From an uncultured Spirochaetota bacterium (GTDB taxonomy: Bacteria > Spirochaetota > Spirochaetia > SZUA-6 > CAVTHK01): a stretch of DNA of 64,000 bases. The stretch lies in the NCBI GenBank assembly GCA_963734495.1, contig CAVTHK010000015.1, positions 32,001 to 96,000 of the forward strand. Reading direction: 5' to 3'. Positions 42,767 through 53,726 of this stretch are shown here, piece by piece; positions within the stretch are counted from its first letter, which is position 1, and every line of letters starts with the position of its first letter. The position numbers were made by a program, and so were the translations under genes. A model generated the notes under the pieces. The model was not told the DNA's origin. It searched no databases and saw nothing but the letters and a program-made list of their open reading frames with translations.

Positions 42767-44713
42767 TCAGTCGCTCGCCTGCTCGGCGGCTTCCACGGAC
42801 CGCTCGCTCACGCGCCCTGATCGAGGCCACGGCCTTGGCATGCAGCCGCGTGCCGCGCGCCGCGACGCCGCACGGGCGTATGCTTGCGGGTGTCGAAGAA
42901 AGCTTCCTTGAGCCTCTGGCGCTTGGCCGGCACGAACCGCAGCCGCAGTTTCTCCTCGCGCCCGCCTTCACCTAGAGTGTTCGATGCCGTAGGAGCTGCC
43001 GCGCACGAGGTCGTACGTCTTGTCGGTGATGAAACCCGCGACGTGCACCCGCTTGCCCCAGGCGACGCGGTTCTCGTCGCGGTAGGCGAAGAGCAGGTCC
43101 GCGCCCTTTTCCTTGTCGAACAACTCGCACCGCAGCAGCTTTCCCGGCAGCAGCGATCTTCTCGGGCGGGGCCATCACGCGGTAGGTCCCGTCGCTGGTG
43201 ACCGCGATCACGCGGTCGTACTCGCTCACGCTGATCTGCGTCCCGTCGCCGCGGACGGAGCTTCCGAAGAAGCCGGTCGAGCTGTCGTAGCCGAGGCGGA
43301 TGTTGGCGCGAGCGACCGCCTTGCGGTCGACGGCTTCGAAGGACGCGATCTCCGTGCGCCGCGGGTAGCGCTCGCGGTAGCGCTCGACGAGCCCTTCCAG
43401 GAAGCCGATGGCGGTCTTCGTGAGGGACTTGAGCTTGGCCTCGCACTCCTTGATCTTGCGGACGATGTCGTCGATCTCGCCCTCGGTCCGCTCCAGGTCG
43501 TAGGCCGATATGCGACGGATGCGGAGCTCGAGGAGCTTCTTGATGTCGTCGTCCGTGAGCGCCCGCACGAAGAGCTTCTTGAACGCCTCGAGCCCGGTGC
43601 GCACGGTCTTGGTGATGCCGGCCTCGGTCTTGACGGTCTCGATGCGTTTGTAGATCCGGTTCTCGATGAAGATCTGCTCGAGCGTGAGCCAGTGGCGCCG
43701 GTCCTCCAGCAGTCCCAGCTCGTGCTCCAGCTCCATCTTGATCACCCGCTTGAGGTGGGCCGAGAACTCCGAGAGGAACTGCGAGACGGTGAGCTCTACC
43801 GGGACGGTTGTCCTGGATCACGACGATATTGGATGCGACGCTCACCTCGCAGTCGGTGTAGGCGTAGAGCTGCGGCAGCACGTCTTCGGCCGAGACTCCG
43901 CGCGAGGGCGTGAGCTCGATCTCCACCTTCTCCGTGGTGAAGTCGTCGATGCTCGAGACGGCGACCTTGCCGCGCTGGACCGCGATTCGATCGAGGCGAT
44001 GAGGCTCGCCGTGGTGGTCGAGAAGGGCACGTCGCGGATCACCAGCCGCTTGGGGCCGTCGATGTCGATGCGCGCGCGCACCCTCACCTTTCCAGCGCCG
44101 TCCTGGTATTCGGCGACGTCCATGATTCCGCCCTGCTGAAAGTCGGGGAAGAGGTGGACTTTCTGCCCGCGGAGCATGGCCGCGACTCCTTCGAGCAGCT
44201 CGATAAAGTTGTGGGGAAGGATGCGGGTCGCGAGGCCGACGGCGATGCCTTCGGCTCCCATCATGAGGAGCGCGGGCACCTTGGCCGGGAGGAGGAACGG
44301 CTCGTTCCTGCGGCCGTCGTAGCTGGGCACGAACTCGGTGATCGCCGGGTTGAAGAGCGTGTCGAGGGCGAGCTGCGTGAGGCGGCATTCGATGTAGCGG
44401 CGGCCGCGGCCGCATTGTGGCCAGTGAGCACGTTGCCGAAGTTGCCCTGCCGCTCGATAAAGTAGTCCTTGTTGGCGACGACCACGAGCGCGTCTCCGAT
44501 CGAGACCTCGCCGTGGGGATGGAGCTTCATCGTCTCGCCGATGACGTTGGCGACCTTGTGGAAGCGTCCGTCGTGCATCTCGCGGAGGGTGTGAAGGATG
44601 CGCCGCTGGACGGGCTTGCATCCGTCGACCAGCTCGGGGATCGCCCGGTCGATGATGACGTAGCTCGCGTATTCGAGGAAATTGCTCTCCATCAGGGGCC
44701 GAAGCTGGCTCAC
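42767..44713 (-). CDS. parC: DNA topoisomerase IV subunit A, frameshifted
   Basis: FLEYASYVIIDRAIP, DGCKPVQRR, HPHGE, QGNFGN, RYIECRL, GIAVG, PDFQQGG; short C-terminus without GyrA box. Confidence 0.92.
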
Positions 44714-44831
44714 TCACTCACCTCGCTTGCCTTGGCGCGCCTGCCGTGCCGGCGTCCGGCCGGGCGCGGGCGCCGGGGGCGATGCGCCGGGCGTAACGCC
44801 CCGTCAGGGCACACGGCGGACCGCGCCGGGC

Positions 44832-46644
44832 CTAGATCACGTCCACCTTCAGGTTGTTGACGATGAATTTCCTGCGCGCCGGGGTGTTCTTGCCCATCAC
44901 GAACTCCAGTGTCTTGCGGACCGCGCTCAGTGACTGGACATCGACCGGGACGAGCCTCGCGCCGTCCGAGATGAACTGCTTGAACTCCTGCGGGCTGATC
45001 TCGCCGAGCCCCTTGAAGCGGGTGATCTCCGCGCCGGCGATCTCCTTGGTCGCCCGGTCGCGCTCGGCTTCGCTGTAGCAGTAGACCGTGCGCTTACGGT
45101 CGCGGACGCGGAACAGGGGCGTCTCGAGGATGTATACGTGCCCCGTGAGGACCAGCTCCTCGAAGTACCTCAGGAAGAAGGTGAGCAGGAGGTTGCGGAT
45201 GTGCATGCCGTCGACGTCGGCATCGGTTGCGATGATGACCTTGTTGTAGCGCAGGCCGTCCGATGTCGTTCTCGATGCCCAGCGCCCTCATGACGTTGTA
45301 CAGCTCCTCGTTCTTGTACACCGCGTCCTGGCCGAGCCCGAAGGTGTTCGGCGGCTTGCCCCGCAGCGAGAAGACCGCCTGAGTGTTGACGTCGCGCGCC
45401 TGGATGAGGTTCCCGCCCGCGGAGTCGCCCTCGGCGAGAAAGATGCTCGACTGCTCCCGCCGGCGCTCCTTGGTGTCGTAGTGGATCTTGCAGTCGGTGA
45501 GCTTGGGGATGCGGATGGCGACCTTGCGCGCCCGCTCGCGGGCCTCCTTTTTGAGGGTGGCGAGCTCCTTGCGGACGCGCTCGTTCGTGCGCACCTTCTC
45601 GACGAGCGCCTTGGCCTCGACCGGGTACTTGTGCAGCCACAGCATGAGCTGGTTGCGCACCTCGTTGACGATCCAGGTCCGCACCTCGGTCGAGCCGAGC
45701 TTGTTCTTGGTCTGGCTCTCGAAGACGGGGTCCTTGAGCTTGACCGCGATGGCGCCGACGAGCCCCTCGCGCACGTCCTCGCCGCTGAAGGAGTTGCCCG
45801 CGAACTCGTTGACGCCCCGCAGGACGCCCTCGCGGAAGGCGCTCTGGTGCGTGCCGCCGTCGATGGTGTACTGGCCGTTGACGAAGCTGTAGTAGGCCTC
45901 GCCGTAGTTCGTCGTGTGGGTAAAGGCGAACTCGAGGTGCTTGTCCTTGAAGTAGATGGTCCGGTAGATCGTGGGCTCGCTTGCCGATCTCCTCGGCGAG
46001 CAGGTCCTGGAGCCCGTCCTTGCTGGCAAAGGTCTTGCCGTTGTAGACGATCGAGAGGCCGCTGTTGAGGTACGCGTAGTACCGCAGCCGGCGCTCGACG
46101 TACTCGTCGTTCCAGGCGTAGTCCTTGAAGATGGTGGCGTCGGGAACGAAGCGGACCAGCGTTCCGTCCCTGCTCTTGCCCTTGCCCGCCTTCTGCTGCT
46201 TGAGCTGCCCCGTTCGAAGCGGGCAAAGACGTACTTGCCCTCCCGGAAGCTGGTCACCTCGAACTCGGAGCTCAGGGCGTTGACCGCCTTGGTGCCGACG
46301 CCGTTCAGGCCCACCGAGAACTGGAAGACGTCGTCGGAGAACTTGCCGCCGGTGTTGATCTTGCTGACGCAGTCGATGACCTTGCCCAGCGGGATGCCGC
46401 GGCCGTAGTCGCGGACCGTGACCGCGGGCCCCTCGCGGCGAATCTCGATCTTGCGGCCGGCGCCGACTATGAACTCGTCGACGCTGTTGTCGACGACCTC
46501 CTTGAGGAGGACGTAGATGCCGTCCTGCGGGTGGCTGCCGTCGCCGAGCCTGCCGACGTACATGCCCGTGCGCAGCCGGATGTGCGCGAGGGCGTCGAGG
46601 GTCTTGATCGCCTTCTCGTCGTAGACGACTTTCGTATCCGCCAT
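44832..46644 (-). CDS. parE: DNA topoisomerase IV subunit B, frameshifted
   Basis: [61 protein letters not shown]. Confidence 0.94.
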
Positions 46645-46681
46645 AGCGTGTATCGCATTATCTGGAAATGACCTGCGAGGG

Positions 46682-47444
46682 TCAAGAACGAAGGGGGTCC
46701 CGCGGCTGCGGGTGCGCCGCGGCCAGAGAACAGGAGGCGTTGGGACGTGCGCATCATGTCCTGCCAGTGCGACCCCCGCCAGTAGGTGCGCAGGCATCCG
46801 GGACACCGGCGGAAGACAGCGTGGGAGGATCGGACCGCCGGCGCCACGGTGTTCGGGGGCTCGGCCAGCGGCTCGAGCGGCGCGTTGCAGCGCAGGCAGC
46901 GCGAGAGCGGGTGCGCAGCGGCCGCGAGATCGAAGCGGCGCAGCACCTCGACCGCCTGCTCCTCAGGCCGCAGCGACCGCACGCAGTAGCCGCGGGTGAC
47001 GAGCCGGCGCTTGAGCAGCCCGCGATCGCGCGTCAGCAGGACGCGGCCCTCACGCGGCGCGCGGGCCGCGAGCTCGGCGTCGTCGGCGCGGCGGCCGTAT
47101 TCGCTGTCGAACCCGAGCATGCGCAGGAGCCGCGCCAGGGCGCCGAGATGCGCGTCGAGCAGGAATCCGAAGCGGCGCAGCGGCTCGGGCCGCACCTGCG
47201 TGACCGTGGAGATGTCGAGGCTCTCGAAGACGGGGTAGACGCTGACACGGTCGCCGGCGGCGATCTCGTGATCGAGCCCCACGGATGTGCCGTTGACGAG
47301 AACGAGGTCCACTTCCGTGTGGGGGACGCCGAGGTCCTGGATCAGCGCGAAGACGGTGCACGGAGCGCGGCGGATCTCGATCGTCCTGGACCGCACGGCG
47401 GCCGGTAGGAAGTCGTTGAGCTCCTGGTAGAAGCGGACGGTCAC
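46682..47444 (-). CDS. Ubiquitin-like + Mut7-C (PIN-like) RNase domain protein; 3' end approximate
   Basis: RFYQELNDFL...LGVPHTEVDLVLVNG...GDRVSVYP, then FLLDAHLGALARLLRMLGFD, LLTRD, CLRCN, CPGC, YWRGSH. Confidence 0.9.
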
Positions 47445-47469
47445 CGTGGATTTCGCCGGATCTTCCGGA

Positions 47470-47500
47470 AAAGCAGAGGCCCCCGGATCGGGGGCCTCTC
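47470..47500 (-). terminator. Intrinsic terminator after tRNA-fMet
   Basis: Perfect agaggcccc/ggggcctct stem directly after the tRNA, followed by gctttt on the minus strand. Confidence 0.7.
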
Positions 47501-47573
47501 TAGCAGGGGCAGGATTTGAACCTGCGACCTCCGGGTTATGAGCCCGACGAGCTGCCAACTGCTCTACCCTGCG
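47501..47573 (-). tRNA. Initiator tRNA-fMet (CAT), CCA not encoded
   Basis: C1.U72 mismatch, GGG-CTCATAA-CCC anticodon stem, GGTTCAAATCC. Confidence 0.96.
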
Positions 47574-47585
47574 TCGACGCCTGTA

Positions 47586-47614
47586 AATGTAGTGGATGTC
47601 GCCGCCGCTGTCAA
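47586..47614 (-). promoter_or_regulatory. sigma70 promoter of tRNA-fMet
   Basis: TTGACA-N17-TACATT on minus strand. Confidence 0.75.
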
Positions 47615-47633
47615 GGTCACCGTCCGGCCGTAA

Positions 47634-48494
47634 TCAATGCGCGTTCTGGCCGCCAGCTTCGCCCGACGCTGCCGGCGCCGCGGGCGCGGCAGCCACGCCG
47701 AACACCCAGTCGCTTGCCTGCTTTATGATGCGGGACAGGACCAGCACCTCCATGTTCTCCCTGGCCCCTTCGACCCGCCGGTTCCACGCCTTCTGGGAAT
47801 GGCGCTTGCGGAACTCGCGGGCCTTGACCTCGACCGCCTGGCGCTCGCGCTCCTCGCCTCGCGCGAGAGAGTCGAGCATGTAGAGCGAGAGCAGGAAGAG
47901 CACGGGGTCGCGGCCGTCTGCAAGCAAGGCCTCGAACTCCTTGCGGGCCGCCTCGACTTCGCGCAGCTGCACGAGGCTGAAGGCGTGATTCCAGCTCACC
48001 CAGCCCCGGTCCCGTGGCCGCGCGGCCGCGAGCACCCGCCCGAAGTATCGCTCGGAATCGGCGGGCCGGTTGAGCAGCAGATACGGGATGCCGAACGGGA
48101 TCGCAAAGGTGTTCGTCAGCGCCGGCCTGCGCTCGGAAAGATGCCCGTGCAGCCGGACGATCTCTTCCATGCGCGAGGCCACGAGGTACGCATTGATGAG
48201 GATCTTGACGTGACGGCGGGTGATCCGGCCCTTGCCGTAGACCTCCTGCTCCAGGTGGGCGATCAGGCCGGTCCAGTCCTCGCGCTCCAGCAGCTCGAAC
48301 AGCTTCCAGCTGCGGACGAAATAGACGTTGAAGCCTGTCAGCGCGACGACGAAAAGCGCCCCGGAAGCCCAGTTCCGCACCAGGAACTCGCCGAAGTGCT
48401 CGCGGCCCAGCAGGAGCAGGGGCATGAAGAAGATGAAGAGAAACGAGACGATGATGACGATGTTGAATATGAGGTAGATCGTTTTAAAGCGCAT
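47634..48494 (-). CDS. Hypothetical membrane protein (2 TM + helical domain)
   Basis: Intact 286-aa ORF with strongly hydrophobic N-terminus. Confidence 0.8.
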   Translation of the reverse strand: MRFKTIYLIFNIVIIVSFLFIFFMPLLLLGREHFGEFLVRNWASGALFVVALTGFNVYFVRSWKLFELLEREDWTGLIAHLEQEVYGKGRITRRHVKILINAYLVASRMEEIVRLHGHLSERRPALTNTFAIPFGIPYLLLNRPADSERYFGRVLAAARPRDRGWVSWNHAFSLVQLREVEAARKEFEALLADGRDPVLFLLSLYMLDSLARGEERERQAVEVKAREFRKRHSQKAWNRRVEGARENMEVLVLSRIIKQASDWVFGVAAAPAAPAASGEAGGQNAH

Positions 48495-48564
48495 CGATTT
48501 GCTCTATAATGAATCGAAACGAACGGCGGCGGCAGTGTAAGCCGTGAGAAGGTCCGAGGTCAAC

Positions 48565-49718
48565 ATGAAGAGAGTGGCGGTCAACGATCTCAAGGTGAAC
48601 ACCTACTTCGACGCGCCGCTGTATCTCGAAGACGAAGAATACCTCATCCTTTCGCCCGACATCCCGGTGACGCTCGAGCTGATCAACCGCCTCAAGGCCT
48701 GGAACTACCGTGAAGTCCTCACCGAAGGGTCCGCCGCCGGAGGGCCTCAGAACCCGGCGTCGGAGCTCCCGGCCGTGGCCGCCACGGGCGGGGAGGAGTC
48801 GCTCGAGGAGAGGGAAGGCCGCGGCCGCGCCGCCGCCTTTTTCACCCAGCTCGTCAAGCAGACCGAGGCGATCTACAGCCGGCTCATCGAAGGCAACACG
48901 CTCGACGGCAAGGCGGCCGCCGACCGCGTCAAGGAGATCGCGGACATGGGCCGGGACAACCACGACCAGCTCCTGGCCTGTCTCGCCGCGCCGCCGGCGC
49001 CGGCGGGCGGCAGCTACCTGGCGGGCCAGTGCGCCGGGACCGCGGTTCTCGCGCTGGCGCTCGGCGTCTATCTCAAGCTGCCTTCACACCGCCTGATCGA
49101 GCTCGGGACCGCGGCGCTCCTGCACAAAGTCGGCATGGCGAAGCTGCCCATCGTCGTTCTACCTGAGCGCAAAGGTCTTCGGCGACAAGGAGCGAAAGGC
49201 GCTGTCCGCTCACCCTATCGCGGCCTACCGGCTGCTCAAAGGGCTCTCCGTCAACGAGAACATCGCGCGGGCGGTGGTGGAGCACCAGGAACGGTACGAC
49301 GGCAGCGGTTATCCCCGCGGGCTCAAAGGCGACGCGATTTCCGCCTACTCCAGGATCATGTCGGTGGCGAATTCGTACGTCGCCATGACGTCAGTCGCGC
49401 CCCTATCGCCAGGCGATCGACGGGCACAACGCCATCACCGAGCTGCTGCGGACGAGCCGCGCCGCTTACGATGAGCAGGTCCTCAAGGCCCTGGTTTACA
49501 CGCTTTCGGTCTACCCCATCGGGATGCACGTGCTGCTCAACAACGGCGTCCGGGGTATCGTGTACCGCGTCAACCCGGACGACGCGCGGTGCCCGATCGT
49601 CAAGCCCCTGACGGACCCCGAAGGGAAAGTCGATCGCCGACGCGCCGCTCATCAAGACCTCGACCGAGAAGCAGATCCTGATCACCCGCGCGCTGCAGCC
49701 CGCGGAGATGGCGCCTGA
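48565..49718 (+). CDS. HD-GYP-family protein with degenerate active site, frameshifted
   Basis: ALLHKVGMAKLP, EHQERYDGSGYPRGLKG, SRIMSVANSYVAMT, YPIG. Confidence 0.87.
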
Positions 49719-49728
49719 GGATATCCCG

Positions 49729-51387
49729 ATGGTGACCGTTCTCTTCCCCTCCGGCGCCAGCCGCACCTACCCCAGCGGCATCTTCACCGCCGACGTGCTC
49801 GCCGATTCCGAGCTCGCTTCCGAGATAGACCGCATCATCGCGGTCAGGGTGAACAACGAGGTCGTCAGCCTGACCTACAGGGTGTCCGTCAACTGCCGGA
49901 TGGAGCCGGTCACGCTCACCTCGCCCGACGGCACGGAGATCTACCGCAGGACCCTGACGTTCGTCTTCCAGATGGCCGCCCGGGAGATCCTGCCAGGCTG
50001 CCGCCTCGCGATCGGCCTCTCCATCGGGCACGGATACTTTCCACTACCGCGACGACGGCGTGCGGTTGAGCGCCGACGACTGCCGGCGGCTGGACGCGAA
50101 GATGCGGACGTTCGTCCGCGAGCGCCTCGAGATCAGGCAGGGAGGCGCTTTCGTACGAGGATGCGATCGCGACCTTCGACGCAGCGGACGTGCCCCGGAC
50201 CGCGCTGCTGCTGCGGTACGACAATCGCTCGCGAATCCCCGTGGACCGGTGCGGGGCCTTTGTCGCGCTGTCCCACGGGCCGCTGACGCCGCACACAGGG
50301 TTCCTGGAGGCGTTCGAGGTGCGCCCCTACTCCGACGGGCCTGCTCCTGCGCTTCCCCTCGAGCGGACAGCCCCGCTCGATCCCGCAGTTCCGGGACGAT
50401 CCCATGCTCTTCGAGATCTACAGCGAGCACAAGACCTGGGAGCGCGTGCTCACGATGAACTGCGTCGGCCGGCTCAACGAGGTGATCGACCGCGGCAGGA
50501 TTCGCGACGTGATCCACGTCGCCGAGGCGCTGCAGAACAAGAAGATCGCGCGGATCGCGGACGCCGTCTGCGAGAACGCGGCCATCAGGCTCGTGCTGAT
50601 CGCCGGCCCGTCGTCGTCGGGCAAGACGACGCTCGCCAAGAAGCTCTCGATCGAGCTGCAGGCCATGGGCCGGGACCCGGTTCCGCTGTCGGTCGACGAC
50701 TACTTCCTCCCGCGGGACCGCACGCCCGTCGGACTCGCAGGGCAAGCCGGACTTCGAGGCTCTGGAGGCCGTCGACGTCGAGCTGCTCAACGCGCACCTG
50801 GAGCGGCTGCTCAAGGGGGAACCGGTCGACGCTGCCCCGCTACGACTTCGTGTCGGGGACCCGCGCCGAAACCGGCGCGGAGCTGCGCCTTGAGCGAGCA
50901 GGCCGTGCTCATCGTCGAAGGCATCCACGCGCTGAACGACCGGCTCACCCCCGTGGTCCCGCGCGCCGGCAAGTTCAAGATCTACGTTTCGGCGATCACG
51001 CAGCTCGCGCTCGACAACTACACGAGGATCCCGACGACCGACAACCGGCTGGTCCGCAGGCTGGTGCGCGACTCCAACTACCGCGGCCACTCCGCCTTGC
51101 AGACGCTGCGGATGTGGCCGTCGGTCAGGAGAGGCGAGGACCGCAACATCTTCCCCTACCAGAACACCGCCGATGCGGTGTTCAATTCGGCGCTGGTGTA
51201 CGAGCTGGCGGTCCTCAAGGTGAACGCGGAGCCGCTCCTGCGCACCGTAAAGCCTGATGTCCGCGAGTACTCCGACGCGCGAAGGATCCTGTACCTGCTG
51301 AGCCACTTCTCGTCGATCACGCCGACGTGGGTCCCTTCGCAGTCGATCCTGCGCGAGTTCGTCGGCGGCAGCGAGTTCCACTATTAG
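49729..51387 (+). CDS. Uridine/nucleoside kinase with ThrRS-N-like domains, frameshifted
   Basis: VNNEVVSL, DGTEIYRRTL, AGPSSSGKTT, SVDDYF, EGIHALN, RRLVRD, FNSALVYE, SILREFVGGS. Confidence 0.88.
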
Positions 51388-51406
51388 GCCGGGCGCGGTC
51401 CGCCCC

Positions 51407-51745
51407 TCAGCGGGTGTCGCCGCCCGCGCGCTGGGCGAGGCCCCGCGCGCGGGGCGCGCGAAACCACTGCACGTAGCCGCACGAGTCGGGGAGCCACCGC
51501 GAGAAACGCGCGTGAACGTAGCGCAGCTTCCGGCATTCGCGGCAGACCTGGAAGCGCTTGTCGTAGACGCGGCATAGCCGGGTGCGCAGATCGAGGTAGC
51601 GGCAGGGGGAGTCCATGCGGACGTACACGCGCCCGCGACGGATCTCTTTCTCGTAGCAGCAGAGTCCGCACCTGTGGCAGAGGCTCTCCCACCATTTCCG
51701 GTGGCCGGCTATGGCATCCCTGAGCCTGCGGAACAACGTAACCAT
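51407..51745 (-). CDS. Cys-cluster protein (YcgN/YkgJ-like)
   Basis: WESLCHRCGLCCYEK, CRYLD, CRVY, WLPDSCGY. Confidence 0.85.
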   Translation of the reverse strand: MVTLFRRLRDAIAGHRKWWESLCHRCGLCCYEKEIRRGRVYVRMDSPCRYLDLRTRLCRVYDKRFQVCRECRKLRYVHARFSRWLPDSCGYVQWFRAPRARGLAQRAGGDTR

Positions 51746-51868
51746 AGACGGCTGCATCGTAGGACGAGCGCCGCCTCCGCTGCAAGCGGCCTCAGTCGGA
51801 CGGCCCTTGACGCCTTTGACCGTCGACTGCGCGCTCTGCTATCATCAGCCGTGCGGCTCGATGCGGCC

Positions 51869-52468
51869 ATGGCGCTGTTGCTCGTGCTCGTCGCCGGCGT
51901 GACCTCGTGCCGGGCGTCCAGGACGCGTGCCGCGGCCGAGGCGGAGACGCAGCCCGCGAAGAGGGCGCCCGTGCAGCGGCCCGCGCCGCCGCCGACGCCC
52001 GCCGTCGCGCCGCCTGAATCGCCGTGGTTCCCTCCGCAGGACTGGTCCGAGCGCCGCGCGCCCGAGGATTTCCGCATCGGCCCTCTCGAGACGGGGGGAA
52101 GCGAGGACGCTGCCTACCGGAAGCTGGAAACCGTCTGCGAAGGGCTGGTGAAGGGCCAGGTGGAGACCGGGTCGCTCGATCCATCGCGCGCCGCCGGCCT
52201 CAAGGACAGGCTTGCCGACCAGATCCAGCGCGGCGGCAGGCCGTCGGACTTCCGCATCGGGCGGCTGGCGGTGCTGCCTGACGGGTCGGCCCGGGCCCCG
52301 GTGAGGTTCTTCAGCCCTTCCGGGTCGGCGGAGGGGGAGGCGTACCTGACGCGGCGCGCCGACGGATGGTTCGTGACGGATATGCAGATCGATCTCTCCA
52401 CGGCGAAGGCGGGCCCGCAGAGCCAGGAGCCTTTCCTGCCGTCGCCGTACAGGGAGACAACCGACTAA
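51869..52468 (+). CDS. Hypothetical lipoprotein
   Basis: LLLVLVAGVTS-C lipobox, Pro-rich linker; upstream TTGACC-N18-TATCAT. Confidence 0.7.
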   Translation: MALLLVLVAGVTSCRASRTRAAAEAETQPAKRAPVQRPAPPPTPAVAPPESPWFPPQDWSERRAPEDFRIGPLETGGSEDAAYRKLETVCEGLVKGQVETGSLDPSRAAGLKDRLADQIQRGGRPSDFRIGRLAVLPDGSARAPVRFFSPSGSAEGEAYLTRRADGWFVTDMQIDLSTAKAGPQSQEPFLPSPYRETTD

Positions 52469-52477
52469 GGGCGCGGG

Positions 52478-53720
52478 ATGGGCGAACAGGTCAGCCGGAT
52501 CGAGAAGGAGTTCGTGCTCAAGTCCCTCGCCGAGAAGAAGCTGCCGCTCTCGGTCCGCTGCGGCAAGGACAGGGTCGAGGCCCGCGTCGACGAGGTCGGC
52601 GAAAAGTCGCTGGTCCTCGCGGCCCGTCCGGCCGCCGCCTGGCAGCCCGGCCAGACCGTGGAGGTCTTCTTCACTTTCCAGAACAACAATCACACATTCT
52701 CCGCCCCGATCACTCTGGTTGAGCCGGAGCGGATCAGCGTCGCCATGCCGGAGACCGTCTACAAGAGCCTCCAGCGGCAGTTCGACCGCGTCAGGAAGCC
52801 TCCGGGCTTCGACGTTTCGTTCCGGCTCGCGGGGGTGGGCTCGGTCGACCTGACGTTCCCGCTGAGCGGCGTGCAGGTCGAGGAGGCGCGGCCGGACGCG
52901 GCCTTCGACCCGGCCGCCATCAAGGACCTCGTGGACGAGTTCACGGCGCGGGCCCGCGCGGAGGCATCGGAGGGCCGCATCGTGATGATGCGGAACAGGG
53001 TGCCGGAAACCTACGAAGAGAAGATCATGCAGGCCACGGGCAAGGCCTTCTGGATACCGTCGACCGACGACGATTTTCCCAGCCGCAATCCGCTCGCGGA
53101 GCCCAGGGTCCTGACGAAGCCGGATATCGTCAAGTACGAGAGGGAGTCGGGATCGGACGCCTCGATCATCGTGAGCCGCATCGGGGACATCCTCTACCGC
53201 AAGAGGCGCGAGGGCATCGAGTCCGAGCTCTCGCTGGCCGCTGCTGCACGGCCGCTTCTTCGTCGGCTATCTCCACCTCGTCACTCACGGGGGGAAGAAG
53301 ACGATCGCCAGGCCGCTCCTCGAGTGGGTCGGGCAGTACGCGCGGATACTCAGCCACTCGCTCGAGCGCACCGGCTACTTCAAGGGCGAGGGCCCGCAGG
53401 TGCGCCCCTACCAGGCCGAAGCCGTCGACCTGAGCGCCTCGGGCCTGCTGTTCGCGCACCCCGAGAAGAGCCTGTACAAGAAGCTGCTCGTCCACTCGGA
53501 CATCCAGGTGTCCCTCAACGCGCGCAACCGCAGGATGACGGTGGGCGGACGCGTCGTGAGGAAGTTCATCGACCGCGACCGGGTCTACATCGCGCTCAGG
53601 TTCCTCGAGATCGCTCCCGAGGACTTCAGATACCTGTACGAGACGCTGTACGGCCGGCCGTTCGACCCCGACACGGTGATCTCGGAAACCGCGTCGCTTC
53701 CCGGCTCGACCGCGGGATAG
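52478..53720 (+). CDS. PilZ-family protein (DUF1577-like), frameshift near 53230
   Basis: N-terminal barrel, RQFDR, long insert, DLSASG, GRVVR, ALRF, FRYLYETLYG. Confidence 0.78.
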
Positions 53721-53726
53721 TCCTCC

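Noticed and set aside
843..47573. Integrated element or att sites at the three tRNAs; CRISPR arrays
   Set aside because: No integrase, transposase or cas gene, no duplicated tRNA 3' ends, and no regularly spaced repeats seen.
49620..49740. Apparent HD-GYP/nucleoside kinase fusion
   Set aside because: A TGA at 49716-49718 with RBS-like gagg and ATG at 49729 suggests two genes joined by an indel.
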